A stretch of DNA of 64,000 nt, from NCBI RefSeq assembly GCF_018350175.1, contig NC_058368.1:227542001-227606000 (forward strand), read 5' to 3'. Of the stretch, positions 1 to 13,400 are shown piece by piece (the first letter of the stretch is position 1; the number at the start of each line of letters is the position of its first letter). This stretch comes from Felis catus. Its lineage: Eukaryota. The translations under genes and the position numbers were made by a program. The notes beneath the pieces are model-generated. The model made no database searches. It was not told where the DNA came from and worked only from the letters and a program-made list of their open reading frames with translations.

Positions 1-291
1 CTTCCACCGTCTCGTCCTGCGGGGTGGCTGCGCTGTCGTCCGAGTCCTTCTGCGAGCCGGCATCGGCGCTCTTGCGGACCTCCCGGCTCTTCTTGTGCTT
101 GTGCGCCAGCTTCTTCACGTGCCCGTCGGCCTTGCCGCTGCTCAGCCGTCGCACCGGGCTCGTCAGCCACTTGCGCAGCGTGTTGCCCGGGCGCTTGGGG
201 CCCGGGGAGCTCTGGGCCCCCATCATGTGGGGCTGGAGAGAGGCCACGGAGGCGGGCGGGCTGGCATCGTTACTGGAGACGGACAGCGAGT
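1..291 (-). CDS. TRIO: TRIO coding exon (~exon 35, truncated at window edge): (D)[96 protein letters not shown]
   Basis: Hand translation of the minus strand. Acceptor ttcag|AC is phase 1, matching the SH3 exon donor. Contains the [13 protein letters not shown] motif shared with kalirin. Confidence 0.97.
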
Positions 292-3200
292 CTGAAGGGT
301 GAGAGAGACACGGCAGGTTTGACCGAACGGCCTACAGACAGATCCTCCGGCCGTGTTGCCCGCAGGCTGCGTTCGCCTGCAGGCGGGCGCCCGGCTGTGC
401 CCGCCGCCTACCTGCGGCCTGGAAATGCGGGAAGGGAAGGTCCGCTGTCTCGCGCACACACCTTTCAAAGCTTTACCGAACCTGAGTTGTTCCCAGAGAC
501 GATTCTCCTCAGGACGTACCGTTCCCCCCAAAACCCCAAGTCACCAATCCCCTGAAGACCATCACACAGATGGTCTTTAAAACCATGTTCACCCACTTTC
601 TTGATAAACACAAGCTATGAAAGAAGATTTCAAAAGAAACTAAGAACTAATCCTGGTGCATAAAGACATCAGTTTGACTCACTACCAGTGAACAAAAAGT
701 ACGGCCCTGTAAATAAAGCGTGGACGTGTGCACGTACCCACATCAGAATGGATCTGACCTGGTCAGACTTTGGGACAAATGACACCCATCTGGAACGCTG
801 TGTCAAGAGCGAAGTCAGCAGCTGGGAAAGGGGGTAATGCCGGCTGGTTTGGTGGGAGATCCGGCCTGGGGCCAGACCCCGGAACTATGCAGGCGCAGGG
901 GGTCTTTCTCTCGGACTCGAAGTGACTTCTCTCGTCCAAGTAAATACCAGCAGCACATTTTTAAAAGAAATGCGAGGGGAAGCCTTCCTCAAATAACCAA
1001 CAATGTTTTGCAGAAAACGTATCCGAGTGAATCTTCTCATTGGGTCTCAAAAATTAAAGAGAGTTGACCCTGAATTGTTTTTTCAGGAGAAAAAGAGAGA
1101 CCTAAAAAAAGCTTAGAAGACAGCTGACACTCACTGAATCCAAGCAGTTATGAGGCAGGACTTTACAAACTGAAAATCGGTGACAGGACACTGCCTGGCC
1201 CTTTCCTGAGCACCTGACTTGAGGGTGTCAGTCTAGTGAAACAGAGTAAAATGCTTTACACCTTAAGAAATGGAATGAGGAAGAAGATCATTCACTATGC
1301 TTGTTATTTTCTTAGGTCTTCTGAAGCCTGAAAAATATATTAAAATTACTCTTTGACACGATCCTATTTTACAGACACCTGTATTCGTTTGTTTACCTTG
1401 GTGGCACCGGAGACATTATGTGCTGCAGTTACAAAGCAGGAGAGCTAATCCCTCCCGATCCTGTGATTATATGCGAGAGAGTCAACAGTAGTTTCCCACT
1501 CCTGCTCCAGACTCCTGGACGAGACGGCGGATCCCTGTCTAATTGCCATCGCATTCCTTCCCTGGCCCAAGCCTTGCGTGGGTGGAGGGTATGATCTTCC
1601 ATAAACAGATGACACATTTCAAGCAGGATCGCTCATTCTTAAAAATCTACATTTTCTCAGAGCCAGACTTTGGTTCAAAACTAAGCAATAGAGAATTCAG
1701 TTGACAAGTAAAAACCTTTTCCCCTGTGTGGGTATGTGCACATAGATGTGTGGATCTAGATTCGTTCGTTTATAACTTTATTTTAAAACGAAACTCACTA
1801 CAATATTTCCACATCTCTCCTTTTCCTCAGGTACCATCTAAAGAGGCAGGAGAGAATTACACCATTAAGCTGGCCACAGCACACAGTAAGTACTTCCTAG
1901 AAATTTTCTCAGGTGCCAGTTCAGGATAAAGGCAAACAGGGAAGCACAGTGCCTAGCCTCAGGAACTTTCACGTAGAGACAACAAGAAGGACAAAAAGAA
2001 GAGGGAGGTTGGGGTAATCCACATGCCGAATGACAATTTATTCAACTGCAGGTTTTTTTTTAAGTTCCAACTAATTTTATTAGCAAGATGCTGGGTCAGC
2101 CACAGCAGGTGACACTTCACAGTCCTTTAGTGTGCTGGGACTCAGAGCCAAGCCCTGTACGTGCCACTGGACAAAGATGAATAGAACCGTCCTTCACCCA
2201 TGGGATCCGCCATGTAGTGTTTTCCAGGACCACATAACTATGAGGCCAGAACTCTAAGCGAGTACAAATCCTGTTAGAGGCTGGGAACAAGGGGAATTGA
2301 GTAGACAGATCCCAGAAGGCTTCTTGAAGGAGGCGTCAGAAATCCCCAGCCCTAAGAAGTAGAGCGAGCTGATTCACAGCCCACGTGTGAAGGGCAGTCA
2401 CGTCTTCCACATACATTCACTCAGCCGGGTGACTCAAGACAAAGGACAGTGGAGGTGGCACTCAGGCGGAGGCTGTGAGACGTCCAGGGCTGGCCAACCT
2501 ACGACAAGTGTCACTGATGGGGCCCACTGTGCCTCATATGAATTGAGGGAGGCAGGAAAGAGACAGAGGCCCTCTTACTTCAATAAAACCCAATCAATTA
2601 CAGGTCTTGACATTCATAAGCAGAATACTCACACGTTCCAAGGAACAGGGAGCACCAGCTAAGCCAACAAATGAACCTCACACGTGTTCTTGTGCCTACA
2701 AGTGAGAATCTGGGGGAGTGTGGCACGGGAGCAGCGTAGCACATAGCATGAATCCTTACTGAAAAGGGGACGCTCGCTGTTACCCTGACACAGTCTTTGT
2801 TCACCAGAGCCTGCAGGGTCACTGAGAAGCGGGAGGGCACTTAAGATGGGCGTGGGCAGTGGTGGGCAGGGACTCGGGGCAGGCCCTGCAGCACAAAGAC
2901 CTCTCCTCTGGTCAGCAGCCCCAGCCGGCCTTTGGAGGCACGAGGGCATGAACTGCAGCCCATCAATAACGCTTTGTGGGACGCGGCTGGCTCTGCCCGG
3001 ATACTTCCCAGGGCATTCTAGCCTTGCCTGCAAAGGAGCTAGCCTCTCCCTGTGGGCTCAGCTGCAGAGCGTTTGGTTCGCTGCACTTTGGGAAATAGGT
3101 TCAAAAGAGACTTCCTCCTCACCTGGCAGGTCACGTGTTATAAACGTGGCCGTGGCCTGAACGTTCCATCCCAGACCCGGAAGGAGGCAGAGCTGCCCAA

Positions 3201-3397
3201 GGCCGGAGCTCACCGGTTACAGATGAACTGCTGTTTCTAAGGGAACAGCCATTCTCTTCCTGGGCTGCTCTTTATCAAATCACTTAATGACACTGTTTCA
3301 CTTTACTGGAATATTTAGGACTTAGAAAAATCTGGCAGCCACTATGAACTAAGGAGAAAGTTTTGTTGCATTTTAAGCAGCACTGTTTCAGTTGTTG

Positions 3398-3490
3398 TTT
3401 TTAAGTAAGATCTATGCCCATCATGGGGCTTAAACTCCCAACCCCGAGGATCAAGAGTCGCATGCTCTACTGACTGAGCCAGCCTGGAGA
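3398..3490 (-). mobile_element. Old/short CAN-SINE fragment
   Basis: gatcaagagtcgcatgctctactgactgagccagcc is the reverse complement of a tRNA-derived SINEC head. Confidence 0.7.
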
Positions 3491-6400
3491 CTGTACAATT
3501 TTGTCAAATTTTATTTTATTTTGTTTTGTTTTGTTTTATTTTACTTTATTTTATTTTTTAGGTCAAATTTTAAATTTTACCTTGAAAAAACTATTTTACT
3601 TTAGAAGTCTAAAATGTAGAAGGAGATTTCTTCACCTGTCTCCAAGATGAGCAGACACTTTGTCTACTGCAGGTCTGATACACTGGCCACAATTCTGGTG
3701 ATCAGCAATTAAATAAAAAACAAGCAAAAAAAAAACCCTAAATCAAAAGCAAAATAAATTCCTTCTCTTTCTACTTTGCCTTTAACAGTAACGCTCACTT
3801 TTTCATGCTACTTGACACTCTTCGAAAACACAACAAATTGTATTTCCTTCTTTACACTATACAAACTTCTACCCAAATCAATGAATTAAACACTCCATTT
3901 AAATGCTCGTTACTTGCTTGTGACATAATGTGACAATCAGGACTTTAAAAACTTAAAAATCATTGAAACTTAATATATTCATTAATAGAATGGAATAGAG
4001 TCCTGCTAATTTTGTTGTTGTTGTTGTTAACTGAGGAACACACTTTGACCACTAGACCAGCTGCTTTGTTGCAACTTTAACCAATGTGTCCTAATGGTAC
4101 CTAGTGGAACTAAGGTCCCTAACATTACTGGGCACAAGGTAAGCGTCAATCACACAACCAACAGGGCTTTAGAAGGTCTCCTTGGGAAGATTTTAAATTA
4201 CTGGCCTGCACAGAGGTGCCTTTTCTAGAAGGGTTCCCTGTGGCTGTGATACGCTGAGTCTAACATGTCCTGCCCAGGTATAAACACCACTCGGGCAGGC
4301 CCCCTTCCTCTAAAACCTCACCTTTCTGCCGGATTACACTGTGGATGGCTCAGGCCAATAAGAGTAATCCTCAGGTGGAGGGCTATGGTCCCAGCTCTGT
4401 ATAACCCTTTCGTGACGGTACTCTCCCAGCTGGATAACTGCCAAGACAGGAAGCCAACCTCGACCTTAGACTCCAGGTTTCACGTGGGTGGGTGCTGAGT
4501 CTGGTTGGTTTACAAGTACATGCCCAGCTGCCGGCAGGATGTGTGGCACATCCTGGGAGCTTAAATGTGTGTGTTGAATAAACGACAAATGGGTGAATGA
4601 GTCGATTACCAGCTACAGGTTCCCTCCCCGACCCAGCACACTGCCTGCTAACTTAGGTTGACCACAGTAAATGCCACCAACGTCCTGACTTGGTGGTAGA
4701 CCCTCCTCAGTTCCGAGATGAGCTACAAGTACCACCGAATTTTAGTCAAATTCATCAGTCTGTCAATTACTTACTTGCAAGCTGGTAATTCACAGCAGAT
4801 TGAGGCTATTCTTGTAATGATCTGCCTTACGTGGGGCTTTCTTGTAAGGCAGAGGCAGGCCCAGGAGCTCGTGGTGAGAGTGGTGTGAACGTGAACGGCA
4901 CCCATCATGCATGGTGGGGACCAGGGAGCAGAAAGTGGATTCAGGACCGCACCGAACGGAGAAATACGGCGGAAACTAACCTGACCCTCAAAGAAAACTG
5001 TATTTGTTCCTGTTTCCCATCTTCAGCTGCTGTCTCTTGCCTTTCCCTCGATTCCTAACTTCTGGGAAGTAAAAAAAAAAAGACTCAGCACCCAGTCCCA
5101 CTGCTTTTTCACCCATCCCCAACCTTCCTGCCTCCAAGAACGGCTGCGGTCACATCATGTCTTGTCTGGGGATGTGCATTCTTCTAGCTTGGGGAAAATC
5201 CACTGATTCAAGTTCCAGACGGAGGATCAATTATGTGGCAAAAGGAACTGTGGGCTTGTCAAAGGGTCTGAGTCTCAGCCTGGTTCTCCCCCTCAACAGC
5301 CATGACCCCACACTGACATCCTGGCATCTGGATTTCCTCGTCTCACAGGGCCACTGTTGGATTACATGAAACAATGGGACGAATGAGCTTTACAAACGGT
5401 AAAGTGCTATTTGCAAATGTAGGATGGCTGAGGCGACCTTCTTCAGGACTCCTCGGTAGTTCTACACGACTTATCGCCACACTGTATTTATGCAACTGCG
5501 AGTACCCGGAAAATGGGGATTTGGGTTAATCTTGGTAATCACAAGCCTGGCACGGTGACCAGGACATCCTCGAAATCATTTTGAGATGGATGGATGAAGC
5601 AAACCACATGGATTAGTTCATTTTCTTTCCATTTAACAACTTGTCCCTTATTAAGAAGAAAAAGTAAATTGCAGCAGGAAGAGATACTATCAGCACATCA
5701 GTCTTTTAAAAAGACACTCGAGTGCATACATGAGAAAGCCATTTGTGATCTGCCTGAAGCCCTAAGAGAGGAAATCAAGTTTATGTCCTCTTATTTTGAG
5801 GGGGAGACCAAGCCCACATAGATGGCTTCTTTGCTAAAGTCAGAGTTCACGCAAAGTCCACGCTAGATTTCTTCCTAAAAAAAAGGAAAAAAAGCTCAGG
5901 AAAGGAGGGAGAGCAGGAGTGCTGACCCCAGCCCCTTGCAGGAAGGAGTCTTACCGTGCGAGTACACACAACACAGAGACTGTCGGGAGAAGATAAATCG
6001 CCTTCTCGTCCCAGTCACTAAGTTAGAGACATCTGTGATTCATAGAGCACTTTTTTTTTTTTAACGTAAGAAAAAAAGGCAAAAGGACCATATCCTGCTA
6101 GTTGCAGACTAAGAAGGATCACATTTCATTTGAACCCTCCCCCCATTTCACAATGGTGGCAAGTCTCAGGGCGCCTGTGAGTGCGCAGAGTGAGGAGCAC
6201 AATGCTGATTGTGTCTGTTCACAGACTCTGACATGCCAGGCCCCGATCTCGACAACGTTTCACCGGAACCTGTTTTCCCTTCCTGCCTTTCTTCCTTTTC
6301 TGTCCCCACAGCACATGGCTCCAGGAGGGCAGAGATGTCTGCTGCTCTGTTCATGCTGCCTCTCCAGAGTTTAAAGCCAGCTTTACCTTGAAGAGGGCTC

Positions 6401-9230
6401 TCTACAGATCAACAGTCATTCGAAAGCAACGGGGCCCATCACGTCCTGGGCTGGGCGCCGGGCAAGTCCTGTAGCTGTCTGACTATGGAGTGACAGTGAG
6501 TCCTTACCAGGCGGCTGGGGGGGAAGGAACAAGCACGGACTTTGTAATGTTACAGTCTGACACAAACAGGAGGCAATACTCGTATTTTTGCACAGAAAAA
6601 GAAATCGCAGAAGACCCAGAAGCAAGCAGGGGGAAGTGGGCTGCTGGGCTGATCGCTCACCGGAAGCAGGGACCGCGAGGACAGTGAAGGCCCCGTCACT
6701 CTGGGGGGCCAGTGTGCCGCCACCACAGCACCACACGTCTGCAGAGACCAGCACCCCTCGCTCCACATAACGTCAACCAAACGGGCACACAGGACCCGCG
6801 CGGACGGCCGTGTCACATCTGACGAGGCCCGACCATCAAGCAGACGTGCAACAGTCAACGCTAGGAGACCTTTCAGTAAATTGCAACCTCACATTTCAAA
6901 TTCTCTTTCGGGGTCTCCCCCAACGATTTTAGCTAGTTTTGAAGGAAGGGAGTCCCATCTTTCTGTCCACTGTACATGGTCAAAGATCCGTGTCAAACAA
7001 ACAATGTGGTGATGTCTCGATATACACGCTAACCAGGGGAAGCCTAACTCGGCTTGGCACGTTCCCACGGCAAACTGCTAATTTACAATTCTACTTATAA
7101 GGACATAAAGGCATGTTTATTTAGCAGCTATTGCTAGAGAAAGATTATGTGCTCAAGAAAGATAACTCAAGGACACTTTGGGGCAGCTGCTTTCAATGTC
7201 TGATGGTAATTCCATCAGACTATTTTAGAACAGACTGGGCAGGGTTTAATCAGGTGCACCTGGCCTCCGGCAGCTTCTCAAACCTCTGTCTTGTCAAGGA
7301 TTCGATGCAGCAAATCACATTTTAATTTAGGAAATTCTTGTACCATACCAGGAAGGTCGCAACGTACATGTGAGAATCAGATGTAGAAAATTACTTACGG
7401 AACAAAGAGTAAGTTGGTTGCTGACTGGGTTGGGGTTCAAATATTCCAGAGCATAATTTTCTGAATAATGACTGTCATTTCTACTCTTGTCAAATTGGCT
7501 TTTAATTCCCTGCTTTTGGAATTGAGGTGACATCTCTTTGGGATGAAGAAAAACAAAAAGGCCATAATGTACTAGAAATCCTCTTGAAGATCACATAAAA
7601 AGTGAGCGAATCTATACATTTATTTTCCCAGATACATGTCTACATTTCGTTTTACACAGGGACTACAACCACCTCCACGGGCTAAGTCCGTTAATTTACA
7701 ACCATGAGCGAGGTGAAGCTGGGCTGTTACTTGGGGGGAATTCTGTGCACCGAAGAGGAACTCGAGCTGCCCAGTGATGCGGTTCTACTTCCAGTGCTTC
7801 AGATACTGGAGCAAGCATGTCTCCAAACTTAAGTGAGCGAGTGCCTGGAAACGTTTCCTGAGGGACTTCTTGCTCATTCCGGTTACCCTCCTGTTGTTCT
7901 TACACAGCCTCTGCCCATCTCTGAACCTGCAATTCTTAAGTTGCTCCCCGGCGTCAATAAAGATCCACCAGGCCTGCAACACGACAGGACACCACATCGT
8001 CGGCACCATCGGCCGTTACCTCCTCTCCTGCACACGCCCACGTCCAGGTGTCCCAGGGCTCAGGGTCCCGGGGCTCAAACGGTCACACGAAGTCATGTTG
8101 ACATAGGAGACAGCCTTTTTAAAAAGTGGGAAGCTGGACAGAAGGCCTGAGCACTAGAGTCTGCAGAATGGTAAGGAATGAAAAATGTGGCGTGAGCATC
8201 AAAGGCAAATGTGCAAGGGGGGAGTCCTTAACGCAAACACGTGAGCTCTGAATTTGCTTTCCAATATGAAGTAGAGACTGAAAACATGAAAAGATCGAAC
8301 TCCCAAGTTGCTGCTGTTGTTTGTTAAAAATGATCCCTGGATTCCACCAGAGGTCCAGCACGGCCTGGCCACAGCTCGTGCTGTAATAAAGCACACATGT
8401 CCTTTGCTGCCTGAGAAAACGCACAAAAGTGACCAGCACATTCGCTGTTCCCGGAGCAGCCCCTCCCGTGAACTCACACCAGGGTTCACTAGCATCCCCC
8501 CCCCGCCCCCACCTCGGGGGACCGAGTGGAAGAACACAATGTAATCACTGGCACCCATGAAAACCGACTCGCCTAGAAAGCACCGCACTCAAACAGAAAC
8601 ACTCGCTCTACCTTGTCTCTCGGCGGAGGTTGAAAGCGAGGGTGTGCACAAACAGGGCGATTACCCTGCTGTGTGCTTAGGGGGCCGCATCGTGAAGAGA
8701 CAAGGGCCTTTTCACCACCACATAACGTGAGGAGCATTAGGGACACACGGCTCGTAATGTCTCACCAGACAAACGTGCAAACGGAAGTCACACGTGCAAA
8801 CTTGCTCCTTTGGCTCACAGAGAAATCACCAAGTGCTATTTATTCTTGGTGTGGGTTCTGAAAACACTTCAAACATTACATAATCATTGGAAAATGTGGC
8901 TATGTCAACAAATGCAAAACTGCAAGCGTCATTCTCCCTCTCAAATTCATTCTCGTGAGGGGAATGCTAACCTGTCAGAATTTCTGGTCAGGAAAGCATC
9001 TCATCGTAAAGATCTTTCTCCACGTGTGGGAAATTAAAAAAAAAAAAAAATCTTTCTCCATGTGAATTTCAACCCTTGAATTTCCAATAAGGAAACGTGA
9101 AGAAATTAAATAAAAATGAAAACAGATGGCATAATCCTTTGCTTGGCTAATCAGATGAACAGGATATCACAAACTGCCAAAGTGGAGATTTGAAAACACC
9201 TCACAAATGGAATAATAGGAGAGCCAGTTT

Positions 9231-9423
9231 TTTTTTTGTTTTTTGTTTTTTGTTTTTTTTTTTTTTGAGAGAGAGCACACATACATGTAGGGGAGGGGCA
9301 GAGGGAAAGAGAGCAAGAATCTTAACTCCGTGCTCAGCATGGAGCCCAGCATGGAGCCCAACACGGGGCTTGATTCCACAACCTGGGATTATGACTGAGC
9401 CGACTGAGCCACCCAGGTGCCCC
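9231..9423 (-). mobile_element. CAN-SINE (diverged)
   Basis: T-rich tail and gactgagccacccaggtgcccc head. Imperfect TSD taggagagccagttt / tgggagagtcagttt. Confidence 0.85.
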
Positions 9424-10214
9424 TGGGAGAGTCAGTTTCGACGGTGGATAACTCAAAGGACGGACCAGTCTGGATCAATGTAAGGAATTTAACACGGATC
9501 GAGTGAACAGACTTATCTACACCCTGAACAAAATGGGCCCTGGCTCATGTGCTGGGTCAGGAATGCTCTGGGTACAAGTAGGTCTGTGGCTGGTGACGGT
9601 TCATCAGCAGGCTGTTGGCCTTCAGGAAAAGAGGAGTTTGGCAGCTGTCGTGTCCTGGGACCGGGACACTGGGAGAGGGCGGTGTAGGGATGAGAGGTGG
9701 ACCAGCCCCCGGTCGAGGCGCAGGGCCGACACGAAACCCGTCACGCCGCTGGGCGCCCTGCTGATCTGACACCCCTTTCCAGGGAGGTGGGGGAGACCAG
9801 GCACACGCGAGTCGGGTCGACTGCTCGCCTGATGCAGACACCCACGCGCCGCAAACCACCCCGTCAGAGAACACAACCATGTCGTCAGAGCTCTTGTCTC
9901 CTTCTCTCAACCCCGCTCTTACGTTGGGGCTTCCTTCTTCACGTGAGCCTCCTCTGCCCGGGACAAACGCTAGCTTTGTTTGAGGAGAGCTTCCAGCACA
10001 TACGCCTGCTTTCTCCGGGTAACAGGGCCATTTTCTTTGCCTTTTACATGAGTTAGCCCTTGAAATGTAGTTTTTGGGAGACGAACAGGCAGGCTTTTCT
10101 GCAATAGAAAGCCTAAGCTGTCACAAAGGGAAAAGAAACCCCCAAGGAGCTACCTTGCCAGTGATGACAGGGAGGGGATTTGGGCTGACTTTTACACAAG
10201 GACAAAAGCAGATG

Positions 10215-10217
<3 letters not shown>

Positions 10218-10249
<32 letters not shown>

Positions 10250-10456
10250 CTTTAACATTTATTTATTTTTGAGACAGAGAGAGACAGAGCATGAATGGGG
10301 GAGGGTCACAGAGAGAGGGAGACACAGAATCTGAAACAGGCTCCAGGCTCTGAGCTGTCAGCACAGAGCCCGACGCGGGGCTCGAACCCACGGACCGTGA
10401 GATCATGACCTGAGCTGAAGTCGGATGCTTAACCGACCGAGCCACCCAGGCGCCCC
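10218..10456 (-). mobile_element. Felid CAN-SINE (SINEC_Fc-like), full length
   Basis: Canonical body and long poly-T. Perfect TSD aaaagcagatgttt at 10204 and 10457. Confidence 0.95.
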
Positions 10457-13400
10457 AAAAGCAGATGTTTAAAGATATCCTTGTTGGATGGAAGAAAGAC
10501 ATTTTTTGAAAAACTGCATAAAAACGAGACCGGAAACACACACACAAATCCTGCAACCGCAGACATTTACGTCTCCCAGAGTTTTCAGACACCCTCCAGC
10601 CCGGCCCCTACACTCCTGCTTAGGGCTCCGTGGCTCTCCAGCCACACCAGCTGGGAAATGGGAATGAGAGGCGGGGCAGCGTCAGTGCTCACAGCATCAG
10701 TGCTCACGTGGAAAGTTCTCCAGACACGGAGCGGCCCCACCGCGCAGCCCCACGTGAAGTCCTGGACAGGGGAGGTGACACCTCGCGTGGTCCGACTGCT
10801 CTCTCCTACACGGGGGAACGAAAGGTGTGAGCCCCAGACCAGGCTCTGCAGGGCAGGGCGCTGTGTGTGGCTGTGCAGCCCCCCCCAGGGAACCGCCGTG
10901 TAGGGGAGCAATGACCTCCTGGGGCGCGCTGCCCTCGTCTGCTTCCAAGCTCGGGAACAGAACTCTTCCGAATGCTCCTGTATCCTCCTGCTTGGCTTCT
11001 TCAGAAGCTGAGACCCTCTGTGTTCCCAAAAAGTCAAATGGCTGCTCTTTTCACAAACTTACTTACGATTAGCGTCACTTACACAAGGAAAACATTATTA
11101 TAGAAACAAATACTGTGTGTTTACCAGATTCCTTAGTATTTAGTATACCGCTGACTTAGGGAAAATGAGTTTTTTTCTGTGATAAAATAACGGGTTCTTG
11201 AGTCTTAATTTCTTTATTTGGGAAGCTATTCCCAGGGCAATACAGCATTTATTATAGCCCTGAATAGATAATCATCATTTAAGGGAACAGAAAGCTAATT
11301 TGGGGGGAAGAAGCAGTCCTGTGAGGCTCGCATAACATTCTCTTCGTCTGATTCTGCCTTTCAGAGGTTCTAAGACTGCTAAGAAACATGAAATGTTTAA
11401 CCCGTGGGCATAACTGTTCCTGATATTAAACACAAAGTGTTAGCAGTAAAACATTTCATCTTATTTGTAGGAGGCTTACATTTGAACCGTATTCTTCACA
11501 ATGAATATTTATGCTTTTGTTTAACATCTTCTTACTACTTGTTGGGAAAAAAATGACATAAGTCAGGGTATCTTCTTAAAGAAGAGATCAAAGATTTTTT
11601 AGGGGGGCAATGTGTAGATTTCCTGAAAGTTGAAAATGCCTCTAAATGAAGCAGGACATACACAAAGACACTCCCACGCAAAATGGTTTTAAGAGAACAT
11701 TCTGTAGTCAGTGGTTTAAACTACATGATTGATTTGTTTCAGGTGGTGACAGATCTCTCCTCATTCATGCACAAATTTTTTATTTTTAATTAAGACCACA
11801 TCCAGCATGCCAACATGCAAAAGCCTGTTTCATGCACTCTAGAAAACGTATGAATTGCCTAAGAACAGAGCTGGCCAAAATACACGATAAACCACGCAAA
11901 CTTGTTTTCGTAGAGCCACATGACTCATTCTGCATAACCGTACGCTAATTTTTACATGGCATTAAGGGCGAAACGACCAGGGCCTTGGAACGCTCTGCAG
12001 CGAGCCTGCCAAACACCATCACTCTCCACGTCCTCGACACAGCAGGTTTGCTGAAGCTTCAGTCTCAAGGGGTGGATATTAGTTTGGAAAGAGTTCCAGC
12101 TGTGGAGAATGAGGAAAGGGATGGTCCCCCCTCCCCCACAAACCACAAAGCAAGTATCTAGTGCATTATATTTTAGGGTCCCTGGTTGTTGGGTTCAAAA
12201 ATAAAGAACACAGAAAGCCCTAGCCAGTTAGGAATCCCGTTCACAATTATATTTCAGGAATACCTCTCCCAAAGGCGACATGAGGCTCTAAGTTAAGGTG
12301 AGGCATTGAAAAACGGGATTAAAATGTTAACCGCAGCTGAGGAGGCAAAAAGTCCAAGGTGTGCCTGTGTGCGCACGGTTACAGCCCACTCCAAGAACAC
12401 AAAGCGTTAAGGGCTGCGATCCCAAACTTTTAGTCTGATTTTATGACATCGCCCCCTGCCCCCTACAAGAACTGAATGGACCTGAATTTGATTTCTCAAA
12501 TGATGAGTCTGTAATTTCTTGAAAACTGCCCACTCCCTTTCTAGGATATCACATCCCCAAACAATGACAAAAGGCCAAAAACACAAAGGAAAGAGGGTCA
12601 GGGCAACTGTTTGCGGAGTTGTTCACGGGTCCAACACTGGAGGTGAGATCCCGATCTCCGACGTGCCTTGGGACAGGGCAGCTCTCTAAGAATCCCGGGG
12701 CCTCCTGTGCGGTTACTCGGGGCAGCCGAGCGAGTGCATTGAGAAAGAAGGAAGGAAGGAAGGGAGGCCTGGAGTCTTTCCAGGAGGGAACAAAAGCAGG
12801 CAGGGAGACAAAGGCAAGGAAAAGAACGCCTCTGCTATGAGCACCAATTAATGGCACAAACCCGGTCCTTGGCTTTAATTAATGCCCCGTGTGACAGAAT
12901 GGCACTGCCACAGCCCGGGAGGGAAGCCACAGTAGGAAGTGAGCAGATGCCCCACGTGGGGGGCAGGGGCGGAGGGCGGCTGGGGGAGCGCTATGTGCTG
13001 GCTTTCTTGTTAGCTGGGGAGAGACAAAAGGAAAACATTCAGTTTTTAGTTCCACGTCACAATAAGCACACTCCTTCTTGTTCTTAAAGACTCCCTTATT
13101 CACATGGGCCACTGGGCCACTTCTTACAATAATCCGTCCACTTTCAGAGATGAGAGAGGGTGGTGGGGGGGGGGGGGGAGGGAGGCTTGCCTTAGGACTG
13201 AGTCTTTGGACACGAGAATAACTCTCGTCTTTTCAAGCTGCCGGGTCTACGTGTTTCCGTGACAGTGTGAACTGTTCTTAATTTTAACAAGATATAACAA
13301 CAGAAAGTTTCTTCAACTACGCATTTGAGAAAATGGACAATGGATGGGAGTGAGACAATTTCTTACAGTAAGTTTTAGAAGTATAAGTAAAATAGGCATC

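Noticed and set aside
24..580. Plus-strand ORFs at the window start
   Set aside because: Antisense shadows of the GC-rich TRIO exon and adjacent intron.
10074..10592. Recurrent peptides such as WVAQSVKRPTSAQVMISRS / RQRETEHE (also near 21150, 23389, 39730, 49388 and 58972)
   Set aside because: Translations of CAN-SINE copies, not a protein family.
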